From contig OZ037766.1 of NCBI GenBank assembly GCA_964035545.1, forward strand, positions 21,068,767 to 21,132,766: a stretch of DNA of 64,000 nucleotides, given 5' to 3'. This DNA comes from Bugula neritina (taxonomy: Eukaryota; Animalia; Bryozoa). The notes under the pieces are model-generated. The model had not been told where the DNA came from. It was given only the letters and a program-made list of their open reading frames with translations, and searched no databases. Positions 1 to 12,490 of the stretch are shown piece by piece. Numbering within the stretch: position 1 is the stretch's first letter; each line of letters starts with the position of its first letter. The position numbers were made by a program, and so were the translations under genes.

Positions 1-108
1 CACTTAGCTAAGCATTGGTTTCTTTCTAGTTCTACCAACAATAAACAAACACATTATGTAGAAATTTACCTTGCAACTTTTTCTTTAACTTTCGAGCAAA
101 TTTTACAA

Positions 109-668
109 CGGTGTCATTTCAGATAGATGCTTCCCAGTTAGAAGCTAGGCTAAATTTCCTACTTGAACATTTTCTAGTTAGGCGCTATTTATTTATATTG
201 GTACAATATATATACATCTATATATTATGTGCAATTTATTTGAATATTATTTAAATATTTGTATATTTAAATAAAGCATGTATTGAACACATAAATAAAT
301 TTCTCTAATCTGCATTAACATATCAATTTTACATATTTTTGGGGTCTTGTTTGAACAGATATTTTGTTAATGAATGTTCATTAACTAAAGATAATGTTTA
401 TTACTAATATATTACTGTTTTTTGTTCCATGAAAATTAGAATATTATTCCAGATAATTCATGTTATCTATTATAGCTATTAGCATTTTAGCTATTTAGCA
501 ATCAATGCAAGAGTTATATACAGGTATATATAGGTATATTACTATATAATTATATGGCACCAAAATAAAAGATAACATCTAACTATAGGGATCGTCTCAG
601 TGAGAAACATTCAAATGGGACATTTAGCTTAGCGTCTAACTGGGAAGCGCTTATCTGGGATGAAACCT
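109..668. mobile_element. MITE-like element with ~60-bp imperfect terminal inverted repeats
   Basis: Left ggtgtcatttcagatagatgcttcccagttagaagctaggctaaat matches the reverse complement of right catttagcttagcgtctaactgggaagcgcttatctgggatgaaacc. ttacaa occurs on both flanks (possible TSD). A partial copy lies at 38261-38410. Confidence 0.7.
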
Positions 669-745
669 TTACAAGTTACAAGAATGCAGTAGTTTGCAAA
701 AACAAAGGGTGTTATACAATTTGACCAGCTAGTAAATATACGTAC

Positions 746-1186
746 CTGGGTTATGACTCCTCAAAGTTTTGAACCAATTGATGCTTTCTATGTTATCCAA
801 AACTACCATTGTCTCACCCTTAGCTTCACAGCTGTCTCTTGCATCAAACCACCCTTGTACATCCTTATGGAGCTGAATGCAGGTCTTACTAAATGGGTTT
901 AGGACGTAGTCACTGGGGCAAGATACTACAAGTTGAATATATAGTTATTACAAGTATTTATTTCTTCTATAATGTAGAATTTAGTTTGGTTTAATATTAA
1001 AACATGTTAAGCAAGCTTAAAAACTTTTCTACATTAGCATAAATAAAACCTTCTAGCAAAGTGTATCTAATGCATATATAGACAATTAAAGTAAATAAAA
1101 ATGTACTTACATTGAGGCTTACAGCTCAATTTACCAAAAAAGCATACAAGGGACAAAAATAACAAACTCTGATTGAGAGTAGCCAT
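746..1186 (-). CDS. CTL-A: secreted C-type lectin domain protein, 5' part (last exon presumably outside the window)
   Basis: Exon 1 1186-1111 (MATLNQSLLFLSLVCFFGKLSCKPQ, signal-like, gtaagt donor). Exon 2 925-746 (SCPSDYVLNPFSKTCIQLHKDVQGWFDARDSCEAKGETMVVLDNIESINWFKTLRSHNP), with phase-1 AG/GT borders. Exon 2 is absent from the ORF track. Confidence 0.85.
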
Positions 1187-2058
1187 TTCTTCTTCTGATT
1201 TACTTGAATGACTCTGGCAAATAGTAACGCAGCTGTGTCTATAAGTAATGGATATTTGTCTTTTCAAACGTTTTGGTCTACGCTAATCTTTAAAGTGACC
1301 TACATAATATAATACAAGTACAAATACTACAAAGCTTGTTTTGGTAGCATGCCGCATGCTTAATGAGCTAAATTATTTTCTTACCTTGAGTAAATAGTTT
1401 AAACTTGGCTAAACTTTAATTAAAGTCCTGAAATCCAGCAATTTAATCAGCTCACCCATTTGCTAAGAACCGTAATTACACAAGTACTTAAATCTATAGC
1501 TATTCATAAATATGCTTTAATAAGTTTAATACCCAAGTTTAGAAATATTTTACCTAATTTTAGCTGGTATTATAGAAACAGAAATAATAGAAAAAGCTGC
1601 TTAAAAATTAAAGTTTTCGTAAATACCCCTTAGCCATAGCATTCGCACTAATCCAACGATTTGAGTTCAAATATTGGCTGCTTAGCATTTAGATTCTTTG
1701 TAAAACTCTATTAGAGTTAAGCAGCCCTTTTAGTCTCTGTGTAATAAAGGTTTGTTTTATAGTTTATCTAACTTTTGTCACCAATGTTTTACTGCAAGTC
1801 TTAAAGATACCAGAGCTTCATATTAAAGTAAATTTAAATTGGTTAATCTAATATTTCATAATTTTGTTACTATAGGCATATTGTGCAATCGTAAAAGCTC
1901 ATGTAGTAATACTTAACATAAATTACATCATGCTTGATAATGTGAAAAACAAATTTACTTTCACTTTTTATATTTATAGCTAATTTAAATAGTTAAAAAT
2001 AACTGATAATTGATCCACGTAAATTGCGAGTATTTTACTTTGTATGTACAATATAAAG

Positions 2059-4666
2059 ATGGTTAGTTTTCATCAAGCCTTGCTACCTCTGATGCTAGTA
2101 ATCACTTTGTTGGAAGCTAAAGAACAATTGTCAAGTAAGTGTATTATTTTTAAACAATTGAACGTTTGTTTTACATATATACAGTTATCAGCTCTTACTT
2201 TTCAACTTTCTACTCAAATAGAGGCTGCATCATTTTTAACAAAATTTATATGCTTGATTAGGTATCATAATTTTAGTTTGAATAAACTAAGGTAGCTGGT
2301 TTAAATTACATAAATACAGTTTTAAAAAATATTCTGGGTTGGTTTTTTTTACTACTTGATGGTAGATATGGAGCATATGGCTAACATTAAAACATGAAGT
2401 ATTTGTAAAAGAATATTGTTTAAAAGTTCTTTGTATCTAATATTAAATGGGTGCACTCAAAGTTTTGCTGATAATATACTGTATACCCACTAATATGTAG
2501 CCAAATTAATAGAAATAAATTAGTATATTAATAAAGATTTCAATGTTAACAAACCTTAAATTAAACAATAGCCGCCAGCAACTATAAATATAACCTTCAT
2601 TAGTAATACACTATACAACAACATAATTGTAATATTATGTTGGTTGCTTATAGTAGTCAAAATGTGCTAGTATCATATCAATTGCACATATATGTCACCT
2701 TATAATAGCTTGGAACATAATTACTGAAATTTTCTCAAACGGCAACAACAACTTTAATGTTGCATATTATTTAGCATTCTGACTACAAATTTAAATATTG
2801 CCATCAACTAGCCCTAACAAACTTACCAGTTTTGTAACTAGGTAATTACTTAGCAGGTATCTTTTTAATTTTTTATTTTGAAATGATATCATTTTGGTAC
2901 TTTGTATAAAACAACTTAGTATCTCGAAATCATGTTTGTTCTAATCTAGAAGCAAACGCTTCCATTATGTTGAATAATAAAAGCATGTTGAATTTCAACA
3001 TCATTTAAAAAACAACAAGACATAAAAACTTCAACCAGCTACTTGCTTTTTATAAATTTGTATAAAAATCAAAAAAAAGTCTGTTGATCTATTTGCTAGA
3101 GCTTGTATAGTAGAGTACTAATGATTAGAAAACACAAAAATTAACTAAAAAGTTTAATAATTCCAATAAAAAATATGTTGAGCACTGGTTGGCTAAATGC
3201 ATTTCACTGATATTTTAGATTTCAACCAAAACTTTAATGACAATTGCAAAATATGCTAGAGAAACTTGCAAACTGCTTTCCCTATACTCTAAATGCAGGT
3301 AAATTAGTGCAAATTATTACTAATATTCATGTTGACTTTTGCAGGCAGCTGTCCAACAGGATACACATACAATCCAATCAAAAAGAACTGTATAAAATTT
3401 TTCTCCGACAAACTCGATTGGTGGTCCTCCAGAAAAGTCTGTACAGATGATAGCGGTGGTAGTCTTTTAATGTTGGATAGTCTAAATCTTATAATCTGGT
3501 TTAAGAATCTTAGGAAGCATCATTCAGGTACATTTTAAACAATACAAGATACATGTACGTTATGACATATGTATGAGTATATTAGTGAATTCAATTTGCA
3601 ATTGCTCTTAAAGATGGTAGACAGAAAAATACTAACGGAGCTTACAGCCGGCGTAAGCAAGTCATTAATTAATAATTAAATAAATTGTAAATTTTACCAC
3701 AAATTTCAGGTATAACTGTTTAGTTTTGAAGGAAAATATAGACTCGTTATTTAGCTGAGTTGGTAAATTTAAAAAACATTTAAATATTTGTAGCAAAGCA
3801 CCAAGAATATAGTATTTTTTAGTTTTAGAATAAAATTAAAACTGTAAAATATCAACTTGACCAAGTCCACCCATTTGTAGGTATATGAATTATGCTAAAA
3901 ATTCAAAAATAAAAATTCAGTGACCCATGTTGGATAAAATATTTAAAATACAGCAACATCAGATGGTTATTTTTATTTGTATATATTGTTGTTTCATCAG
4001 CAAACAAAATTTAAATTCAAGAATGCAAAAAACAATTTTATAGCTTACGATAAGTTGCAAAATGATGCTATATATGAATTATATTTTATGCATTTCATAA
4101 TACTGAATATCTAAAATAAATTATGCAACATATATTCATTTAAAGAAGACTTTTGTGCAGAAAGTATGTTGGGGAGTGTATAAAATTATGCTTTAGTGCT
4201 TGGTGACCCTATAGCAGTTTTATAAATAGTTAGTTAATTTTAAGTAGCAGTTAATCAAGCATTGTTGTTTTGTAAACTAATTATGAGAGAATCTAATATC
4301 TGCTTTGCTTTCAACTGAAAACAACTTTTTTTCATTCTTTTATAAACTAAACTAAAAACTTTGCTTCAAGTTTCAACTGGAATTTTGTATTTATACAAAA
4401 CTGTTTGCCATATTTTAGATTGGATGCATACACCCGCAGTATGGGCAGCGGGATATAATTATGTGGGCACCTGGGAATGGTTAGGATTAAAGAGAGAAAA
4501 ATTCTTGTTAGGAGATTGGGATTTATCTCAAAATGAACCAAATAGCGATTATAAGAAAAATCAATTTTGCCTTTACATTGGCGAAGCTTCAAAAGGGACA
4601 TGGTTTGATGATGTCTGCACTAGTGAGCGCAGTTTTGTATGTGAAAGTCCAATACCCACATACTAA
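2059..4666 (+). CDS. CTL-B: secreted C-type lectin, ~168 aa, EPN (mannose-type) motif
   Basis: Exons 2059-2134, 3345-3527, 4419-4666, all phase 1. Signal MVSFHQALLPLMLVITLLEA, then CPTGY..C..W....C, VWAAG, EPN, C..WFDDVC..FVCE. Confidence 0.92.
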
Positions 4667-4762
4667 AAATGTTACACTATAAAGCTGTTGTAAAATATTT
4701 ACATATATATTTATTACAAAGCTTGCCTAAGAATTAGAAATAAAAGTATGTGTGCATGTGTG

Positions 4763-4785
4763 TATATAAATATATATAAATATAT

Positions 4786-4854
<69 letters not shown>
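4763..4854. repeat. (TA)n microsatellite
   Basis: Seen directly in the sequence. Confidence 0.95.
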
Positions 4855-4856
<2 letters not shown>

Positions 4857-6250
4857 AAAGAATAATAATTATAACAATCTGTTAATTATTGATGCTTTTA
4901 AGTATAACCAGATTTTTATCAAGCTAATGTTTTCTTAGCTATTGAAGTGCATCAACTGAATATTAAAGTTGATTTTATTTTAATTTTCAGCTGTGTAGGG
5001 TGCGTATCATAAAGATCAATAAAAAAGTTGGTCTTAAATTACGACACTTGTTTTTTAGTTTTATGTATTTTGTAGTCAAATTTAGTGAACTTTGATTTAT
5101 GGTATTCTAAATAAAAGTTTAAAAAATTGACAATTTTTTTAGTGTTTTTCTAGTTTTTAGCTATTGTTTTAGATACTCATAAATTTTGTAAACTTTTAAT
5201 TTTATGAAGGAAACAGGATTGAGCTGAAAAGTTTAGTCATTCAATTTGAGGTTTCAGCAAAAAAATATTATTTAGCTAATATTATCATTGTTATTCAGGC
5301 ACTCCATAACCAAACAGCACTGCTATCTAAGAAACCTACATGTACACCGCAACCTGAAATATGCAGCTATTTTCCTCGCTAAATAGAGCATTTTTATGAT
5401 TTACTGGAGCTACAGAAAGAAGGCTTCACTGGGCTTGCAAGGCTCATAGTCTACCAGAAAAATCTAATGTAACATAAAGTTAAGTTTACAACTTATAAAG
5501 TCGAAGATTTATATATTAGCGCTTTTGGGGATAAATATGTTTTCTTTGCGCTAGAATGAGAAATCACATGTAAATTGATGTTTTCAACATTGCTATGAAT
5601 AATTAAGACAACTTTTGAAACATATTGCATTATATTTGGTACATTTGAAATTTGAAGCCGGCTTAGCTGCATGTGCATGTACCAGGTTAGCAAGTTGAAC
5701 AGTGGATATTTTAGGTATTTATAGCTGTGATCGTAAATTTCTATGCGTGCTATCTGATTAACGGAAAGGATGAAGTTGCTTTGCATATTTTAAGAGTAGG
5801 TCACTTTGCAGAAAGGCTGCAGCTAAACCATATTCCTTGAATATACTGTAAATTTTTATTCATTTATGCATAGCTTTTAAGGATACTATATAATGGGGAA
5901 AAACAATAAATTTATAGCAGAAACATAATATGACGCAAGACCTGCAATGAGAAGTTAGAGCATTCACGTGGTCAAAGTATAAGTATTATAACAAGCAGAA
6001 TTAAATAGAAAGAGCGCAAAGTCTTGCTACAAGTAAGTGGGTAAAAATGTATATTATGACTTCTAAATGTGCCTGTCAATTGAATGATAACCAAATTATG
6101 GATGGGCTCACATTATATTATATGTACACAATACACTTTGCCCACCAAGTCACTTACAGTTATACTTGGCCAAATTGCTTGCTAATAATTAATTTCAAAA
6201 TACACGTACATTTATATGAACGCTACACTTCTGGTAGTGAAAGTAGTGAC

Positions 6251-6320
6251 AATAGCCTAAAGCAAATGCTTTGCTTAGCTTTTGCATTAATTCTTTTGCA
6301 ACTTGTGATTACAGTCTATA
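6251..6320 (+). pseudogene. Degenerate orphan copy of the CTL-C signal-peptide exon
   Basis: aaagcaaatgctttgcttagcttttgcattaattcttttgcaacttgtgat aligns to CTL-C exon 1 aaagcaaataatttgcttagctgtcgcattaatactttttgcaacctgcgat. It has a 1-nt deletion, lacks the homologous start ATG and has no GT donor. Confidence 0.6.
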
Positions 6321-6845
6321 AGGAACTCTACCTATCCATATTAGCTATAAAGTTAGGATATTCAGAAAATTTTCTTTTGTGATAATTTATAAAACCCAAT
6401 GAAATTAAAAATGTAGAAAATTAAATTTTAAAAGTAGGCACTAGTATTTACAAAAAAAGTGGCCAACCCCAAAACAAATATAGTAGTATAGTAGCAAAAC
6501 ATTAAATTTCATGCGTGAAACTGAAGTTCCAAAAAATTCTAGAGAAAAAATTAATTTGAAACTTGAGGTTATGTGAATGATAATATCTAAAGTAAACAGG
6601 TGCATAGACAAGATTATTTGTTATCAAAAAACATTTGTTAAATACATGATTATATAATATAATACTTCTGAGTGAATACGGTCAATGCCAGCTATGACAA
6701 ATTATAGTTCATCAGATACCAGGTTGCACTATGCACTTAGCCCCCAGCTGCGTAGTCTCCTAGAAAACACCTTATATAACAGTTTAGTCTAAACTTTATT
6801 TATATCTGGCCAACTTGATAGTCTACAAGCATCAGCGCGCAAACA

Positions 6846-8068
6846 ATGATATGCTCAAAGCAAATAATTTGCTTAGCTGTCGCATTAATACTTTTTGCAA
6901 CCTGCGATGCAACTGCTTTTTGTAAGTATGAAATTACTGCACATAATTAAAATACAAGAGTAACAATTTAGTAATGTAGTGTATATTGGTATGATATTTA
7001 AAGTAAAAAACTTATTTTATTTTAGTAATTTGAAATAATTTTGCGAAGTTTTATATTTTCTAGCTATTAGTATGACTCAGTATTTTGACCTAGTCATTAA
7101 TTTAAACAGCTGCCTAGTTTAAGTGGTATTTGTGAAAACCATGATAAGCTGCACCTACTTGAAATTGTAGGAGTAATGCTGTTAACCGTATTCTAACTAA
7201 GTGCAAATCTGGCAACAGAAGTCTGGGAAAGGTTTTCTTTAGCAATCTGTTATAAATAAAGAATTGTATCTAAATGGGAAATATTAGTGTGTTGATTAGG
7301 CTACTTCTTTTACTGACTTGAAAATCTACTTTGTACAGATAGATGTCCACCTGATTACACCTACAACCCATACAGTGATGTGTGCTATCGTCTCTCCAAG
7401 AAAATAGATACCTGGTTAAATGCTCAGAAGGATTGTCAGAAAAAGAAAGAAACATTGATAGTTCTGGACACTATACAGGATATTAACTTCTTTAAAACTC
7501 TCTTATTACAAGATCCTGGTATGAATTTGAAAATCTCTTGAACGCTAGTCAAATGTGTGCAGAAATTCTCTGTGGCTAATATTCTATCAAATAATTTATA
7601 AAAATAGTTTAGATTATGCTTTAAATAGTGATAGCTATTATGACTATCATATTTTAGGCACAGTTTGACTAATAAGCTGCTGAAAATGAATCAGTGTTTG
7701 ACATTGTAAATTTTATTGGCATTGATAATAATAATAATTGGTCTCATATTTTTGTATATAATGTATGCTATCCTTTAGGCTGGATTTCGACAACAAATCA
7801 TCAATCATCTGACATTTGGACAGCTGGTATTGAGACCTATAGCGACTGGGTTTGGAGCCTATGGAATGATCCCGAACACTTAGCACAAAGACAAAAACCT
7901 ATACACTTTGCAGATTGGGGCTATAAACAGCCCATGGATGTTTACCTACTTCCTCGAGCTATATGTGTTAGTCGCCGTTATTGGTGGCAATTTGTCGCTA
8001 AAGATTACAATATAAAAAATAAGTATGCGTGTCAAAGACCTGGGTCTGACTATAATCTTCACAATTAG
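6846..8068 (+). CDS. CTL-C: secreted C-type lectin-like protein, ~181 aa, QPM motif, one conserved Cys missing
   Basis: Exons 6846-6921 (MICSKQIICLAVALILFATCDATAF), 7339-7518 (YRCPPDYTYNPYSDVCYRLSKKIDTWLNAQKDCQKKKETLIVLDTIQDINFFKTLLLQDP) and 7779-8068 (IWTAG..DWGYKQPM..RAICV..FVAKDY..YACQ). All introns are phase 1. Confidence 0.9.
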
Positions 8069-9296
8069 TGTCCCCATTGATAAATTCTAGCTGTGCTACC
8101 TTCTTTCATATCTTTTTGCTATTACCTAAACTGTAATTGTAAGCAATTCCTTTTTCTTATATGATAATGCTATAACAAATGTCTACGTCGATAGTTTAAG
8201 TTATTCCAAAAATTTTTCTTTTCGATGTTTTTAAATGTTTGAGTTAGAGAGCTTCACAATTGATCAAAATCTTAAGTTAACAATTACGAGAAAAAAAATC
8301 TTTGGTTTAAAATCCACCTATAGTAGTGTCATTGAGAAACTGAAAAATACAGTAGAAATGTTTACTAATTACTTAGTTTAGGATAATATTTAAAATTTAT
8401 TCTAGCACTAAAATAATACATAAATAGAAAAACTTTAACTAGCCTCCTTTCATCTAAAAACTTGGGGAAAAAATTATGCATTACTTATTTTCGAATTTTG
8501 AGAATTTTGATTCGTTTTATCAGTATCTGAACTTGCTATTTGATCTTTGAATCCTTATATATGACAAGGAGATTGTAACATCTATTTTATAATTTACTGG
8601 TAAATAGACACTGAAAGTTTTTAGTTATTCATTGTTTTGCTACATGTCTATGGCTTATGAGTTTTACTTTTCAGACAGAATGATTTGCTATAAACTGCAT
8701 GTATGTTTTCAACTAAAGCCAAATAAAAAGTATGCATAATATAAAGTTTTGTTTTGCAGGGTTTTTGGCTTTCATGCAACTTAAAAAAATATTGATCAAA
8801 ATATCAAATACAGTTTTTTAAATCTTATTCTAAACTCTACTCTATACCATGAAACTAAGCTTTAGCATAATAAATTTCTAAAAAGTAAGTAATAATAATA
8901 CAGCTATAGTGCTTGTAAATGTAATCATGGTAGGCTATTCACAATATACTTTTTTTTATCAAGCTAAAATTTGTTGTAATTGTAAAGTAATAAAATAAAG
9001 TTTATTTAATAAAGAGCCCATTTTAAAGTGTCTTTAATCATTATGAAGCCAAGTAGTTTAACAAAGTCTTTGCTTTGTGATTTCTTTGCTTGACATAGAT
9101 TAGTGTTTATAGTTTTAATTTTTTTTAAGCTTGACTCAATTGCATCTTGCTAATATAAATGCTCAATGCAAATTCATTCTGTTACCTACACTGCTGTATT
9201 ACAGCATTGTTGCTATACAGGCTTTAGGAAAAAAAGCTGTGTTAAGCGTTCAAATAAAAAGCTGATGCTTTATGTAGATATGCAGACATTCTCTCT

Positions 9297-9376
9297 CATT
9301 CACTCACTTACCCACTCACTCACTCACTCACTCACTCACTCACTCACTCACTCACTCACTCACTCACTCACTCACT
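9297..9376. repeat. (CACT)n microsatellite
   Basis: Seen directly in the sequence. Confidence 0.95.
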
Positions 9377-9712
9377 CTCTCTCAAACTTATAGTAACACG
9401 CGTCATGTTCTATAATGCACAATAAAATTTATTTATATATCACTACAGCAGCAGTGCCCTTGATACTATAGTTATTCTCATCTCCAGCATAAGTGAAACA
9501 CAAGCCAGATTTCAGAATATATTATATCAGGCAATCAACCTCAAAGTATTCCTATATCCATATGCTCAACTTACCTGTCGCTTATTGGCAAATAATTGCT
9601 TCTTGGCTGTTATTATAAAGTCATATGCAGGCTTATGCTGCTTTAATATGATCAATAAATATTATTATAATGAAATTTTCGTATAAATGTCCATCATTTA
9701 AGATTAAATGTT

Positions 9713-10953
9713 GCTCAGCCACTCTTTCAAACTCTATAAAAAAGTAATCAAAGCACGGCTAAGGGAGTTGGTCAAGTTAAAGGACAACCAGTATGGTTTT
9801 CAAAGAGGCAAATTTACTACTGAGCCTATGTTTTGCCTTTGCATTCTGCAGGAAAAGTACATTGAATATAATAAAGAACTGCATATGGTATTCGTGGACC
9901 TGGAAAAGATCTATAATATCATTCGAAGAGAGCTAAGAAGGAAGCGCCATCTACCCGAAGCTTACATCAGTATCATCAAGGATATTTACAAGGATACAAC
10001 AAGAGTAGGAACAAATGCGTGAGAAACAGGAGAAATAAGAGTAGAAACTGGACTACACCAGGGCTCGACACTAAACCAATTGCTTTTTAGAATTGTAATG
10101 GATGTTATCTCGAATGACAATGGCGAAGTCGCACCATGCAAGGAGCATGCTGTTTGGAGATGATCTGGTACTATGTGGTGAAAGTAGAAACAACATAGAA
10201 GAAAGATTGGAAAACTGGAGAAGGCGATTAGAAGATGTCGGCTTAAAAGTCAGCAGGTCTAAAACAGAGTACCTACCACCAAAAGAAAGCAGTGATGACA
10301 TAAAAATTGAAAGAATTCGATAGCTCTGACTATGCCACTTTGCCTCAAAAAGTCACTTCAAAGTACCTTGGGACTACAATCCACCAGGATGTAGGACAGA
10401 AATGCAAGTGCGCATTGGCAGAGCCTGAGATAAATAAAGGAAGCTGGCCGGGATTTTGTGTAACCAGAAAATCCCAAAAAGACTCAAGGTCCTCATTTGC
10501 AAGACCCGATTCTATTATATGGGCGGAAACATGGCCAGTGACTAATAACCTTGCGGAGAGAGTGAGTGTATGTGAAATAAGAATGCTGCGCTACTGCCTA
10601 GAAATTACTCTTGAAGAGCATAAGACCAGCGGAAGCATAAGGCAAGAAGCGAAAGTGATGAATATGTTACAACTGATGAGAAGAAGAAGGCTACAGTAAT
10701 TTGAACATATATGCAAAAGAGCGAAAGATGATGATATCAGAAAAGTGCATGAAATGAAAGTTGCAGGAAAGGGAATTGAGAATGCCCAAAGCACAGATGT
10801 CATGATACTATTAGAAAAGACCTCCAATCCTGTTCCCTCAATAAAGAGGACGCTCAGGACAAGGTTAGGTAGAGAAGCCTAATTGCGCTAGGCATTCGGC
10901 AGCCACCGGCTACCCAAACAGGTCAAAGAGGAGATAGCTGAGAATAGGTGAGA
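9713..10953 (+). mobile_element. 5'-truncated, frameshifted RTE-clade LINE (reverse transcriptase fragment)
   Basis: Peptides LLSHSFKLY..NQYGFQRGK..VFVDLEK..GLHQGS..MLFGDDLVLC..KYLG. A 17-bp TSD atttaagattaaatgtt is at 9696-9712 and 10954-10970. Confidence 0.9.
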
Positions 10954-12420
10954 ATTTAAGATTAAATGTTCTTAAATGGCGTTACTTATTTTTATAAAAA
11001 CTAAAAATACCAAAATAACATCATGTTTTGCAAATAAAGCCAATTTTGTATCCCATCTTAAGTTTTTAAAGTAGATGTATGTAAGTAACAAAAATAAATT
11101 TGCTTAGTTTGTTAAAATATTATTATAATGAGCTGCATATAGGAATAGTCTGGTTGAAAATTTAACAACAGGGTAGATTCCCAACAATTGGTGGAAAAAA
11201 TAAATAATAAATTGTATATAGTTTTGTCTAAATTACTGTTATTTTATGTTCCAGCTAAGCTGTCTTTAAATTTAAATTCATATAATTTGACCTGTTTTGC
11301 AATCGTATTTTATAATCATTATATTTTATAGATTAAATTATATGTATTGATATATATAATTATCTTAAAAGACTATACAAAAACATGTTTTTGCTAACGT
11401 TGTTTTCCAGTTTCATTTAACCTGAAATAGTTATAAGAAATTGTAGTTCAAATTGATTTAATACATATCACAATCTTGCGAAATTTAGTGTAAATTATGA
11501 CCATAAGAAGTAGAAATAAAAAAAATTGGAAAAACATCAGAACTCTGTTGAATTATTTAAAATAAAAGATCATTTAAAGTACTTGCACGGCCATAAAAAG
11601 CTATCTCTGCCCTATGCTTCTCTATATTTGGTGTTTCGATATCTTCCAGAAGGGCATTGACTCAGAAACTTATTGATGAAATGGTCATTGACTACTGTAT
11701 GTTTGATGACAAGTGCTTTAGTTGATTTCTGAATATATGCAAATTTATGCCATGATGCTCAATACCAAGTTTAGAGCAGTATTTGAAAATACTTTCGATA
11801 GCCTTTTTATCACTAGCATAGATACAAGTAAGAATTATACGAGATGACATATATTATGATAAAACTTTTAAATAACATTTTTGCTAGAGGCTTAGAGCTA
11901 AAATACACACAATTCTACTGTGGGAGGAAGGGGTCAACGCTTTACAAACAAAATTAGTTATTTTTAAATTTATTAAACCAGAAGCCAACCATGTTATAGA
12001 AAGCTAAAATAATCAAAACTACCCAAAAATCATCTTATACTGATGATGAAAAAATGTGATGCAAAGGCATAACATTTCATATTTATTAGAAAATTTCAGT
12101 TAACATATCTTTGCTCAACAATATAACATACTAACAGTCTGCAGTTAGTTATAAAATGACAATTTGCTTTAAAAAAAATGTTGCATTTCTGATTATAGCT
12201 AAATTTTATAAATGTAAGCTACTGTAAATATGAGTAACCTAATAGCTGGGTACGTGTAAACAGAGACAACCTTTTCATTGCAGCTTCTCTTACAAAAGCT
12301 ATACTCTATAATATCAACTATCATAGTCTTGAAAGTTTTAAGTACAATATTTGATGATTACCATTTAACATATAGTGGGTGTGGTTTTCATCTCTATTAT
12401 GATATATGACATGTATATAT

Positions 12421-12427
12421 TATATAA
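12421..12427 (+). promoter_or_regulatory. Candidate TATA box of CTL-D
   Basis: TATATAA 70 bp upstream of the ATG at 12491. The AT-rich background limits certainty. Confidence 0.4.
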
Positions 12428-12490
12428 GATAGGTAGTGTTATGCTAGCCGTGCACTATTTCTTGTATTGCTAATATACCTGGTTAAGAAG

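Noticed and set aside
6047-6382. 111-aa ORF with a hydrophobic end
   Set aside because: The only meaningful part is the decayed CTL-C exon-1 copy; the rest has no coding signal
9166-9393. HSLT-repeat ORF
   Set aside because: Translation of (CACT)n
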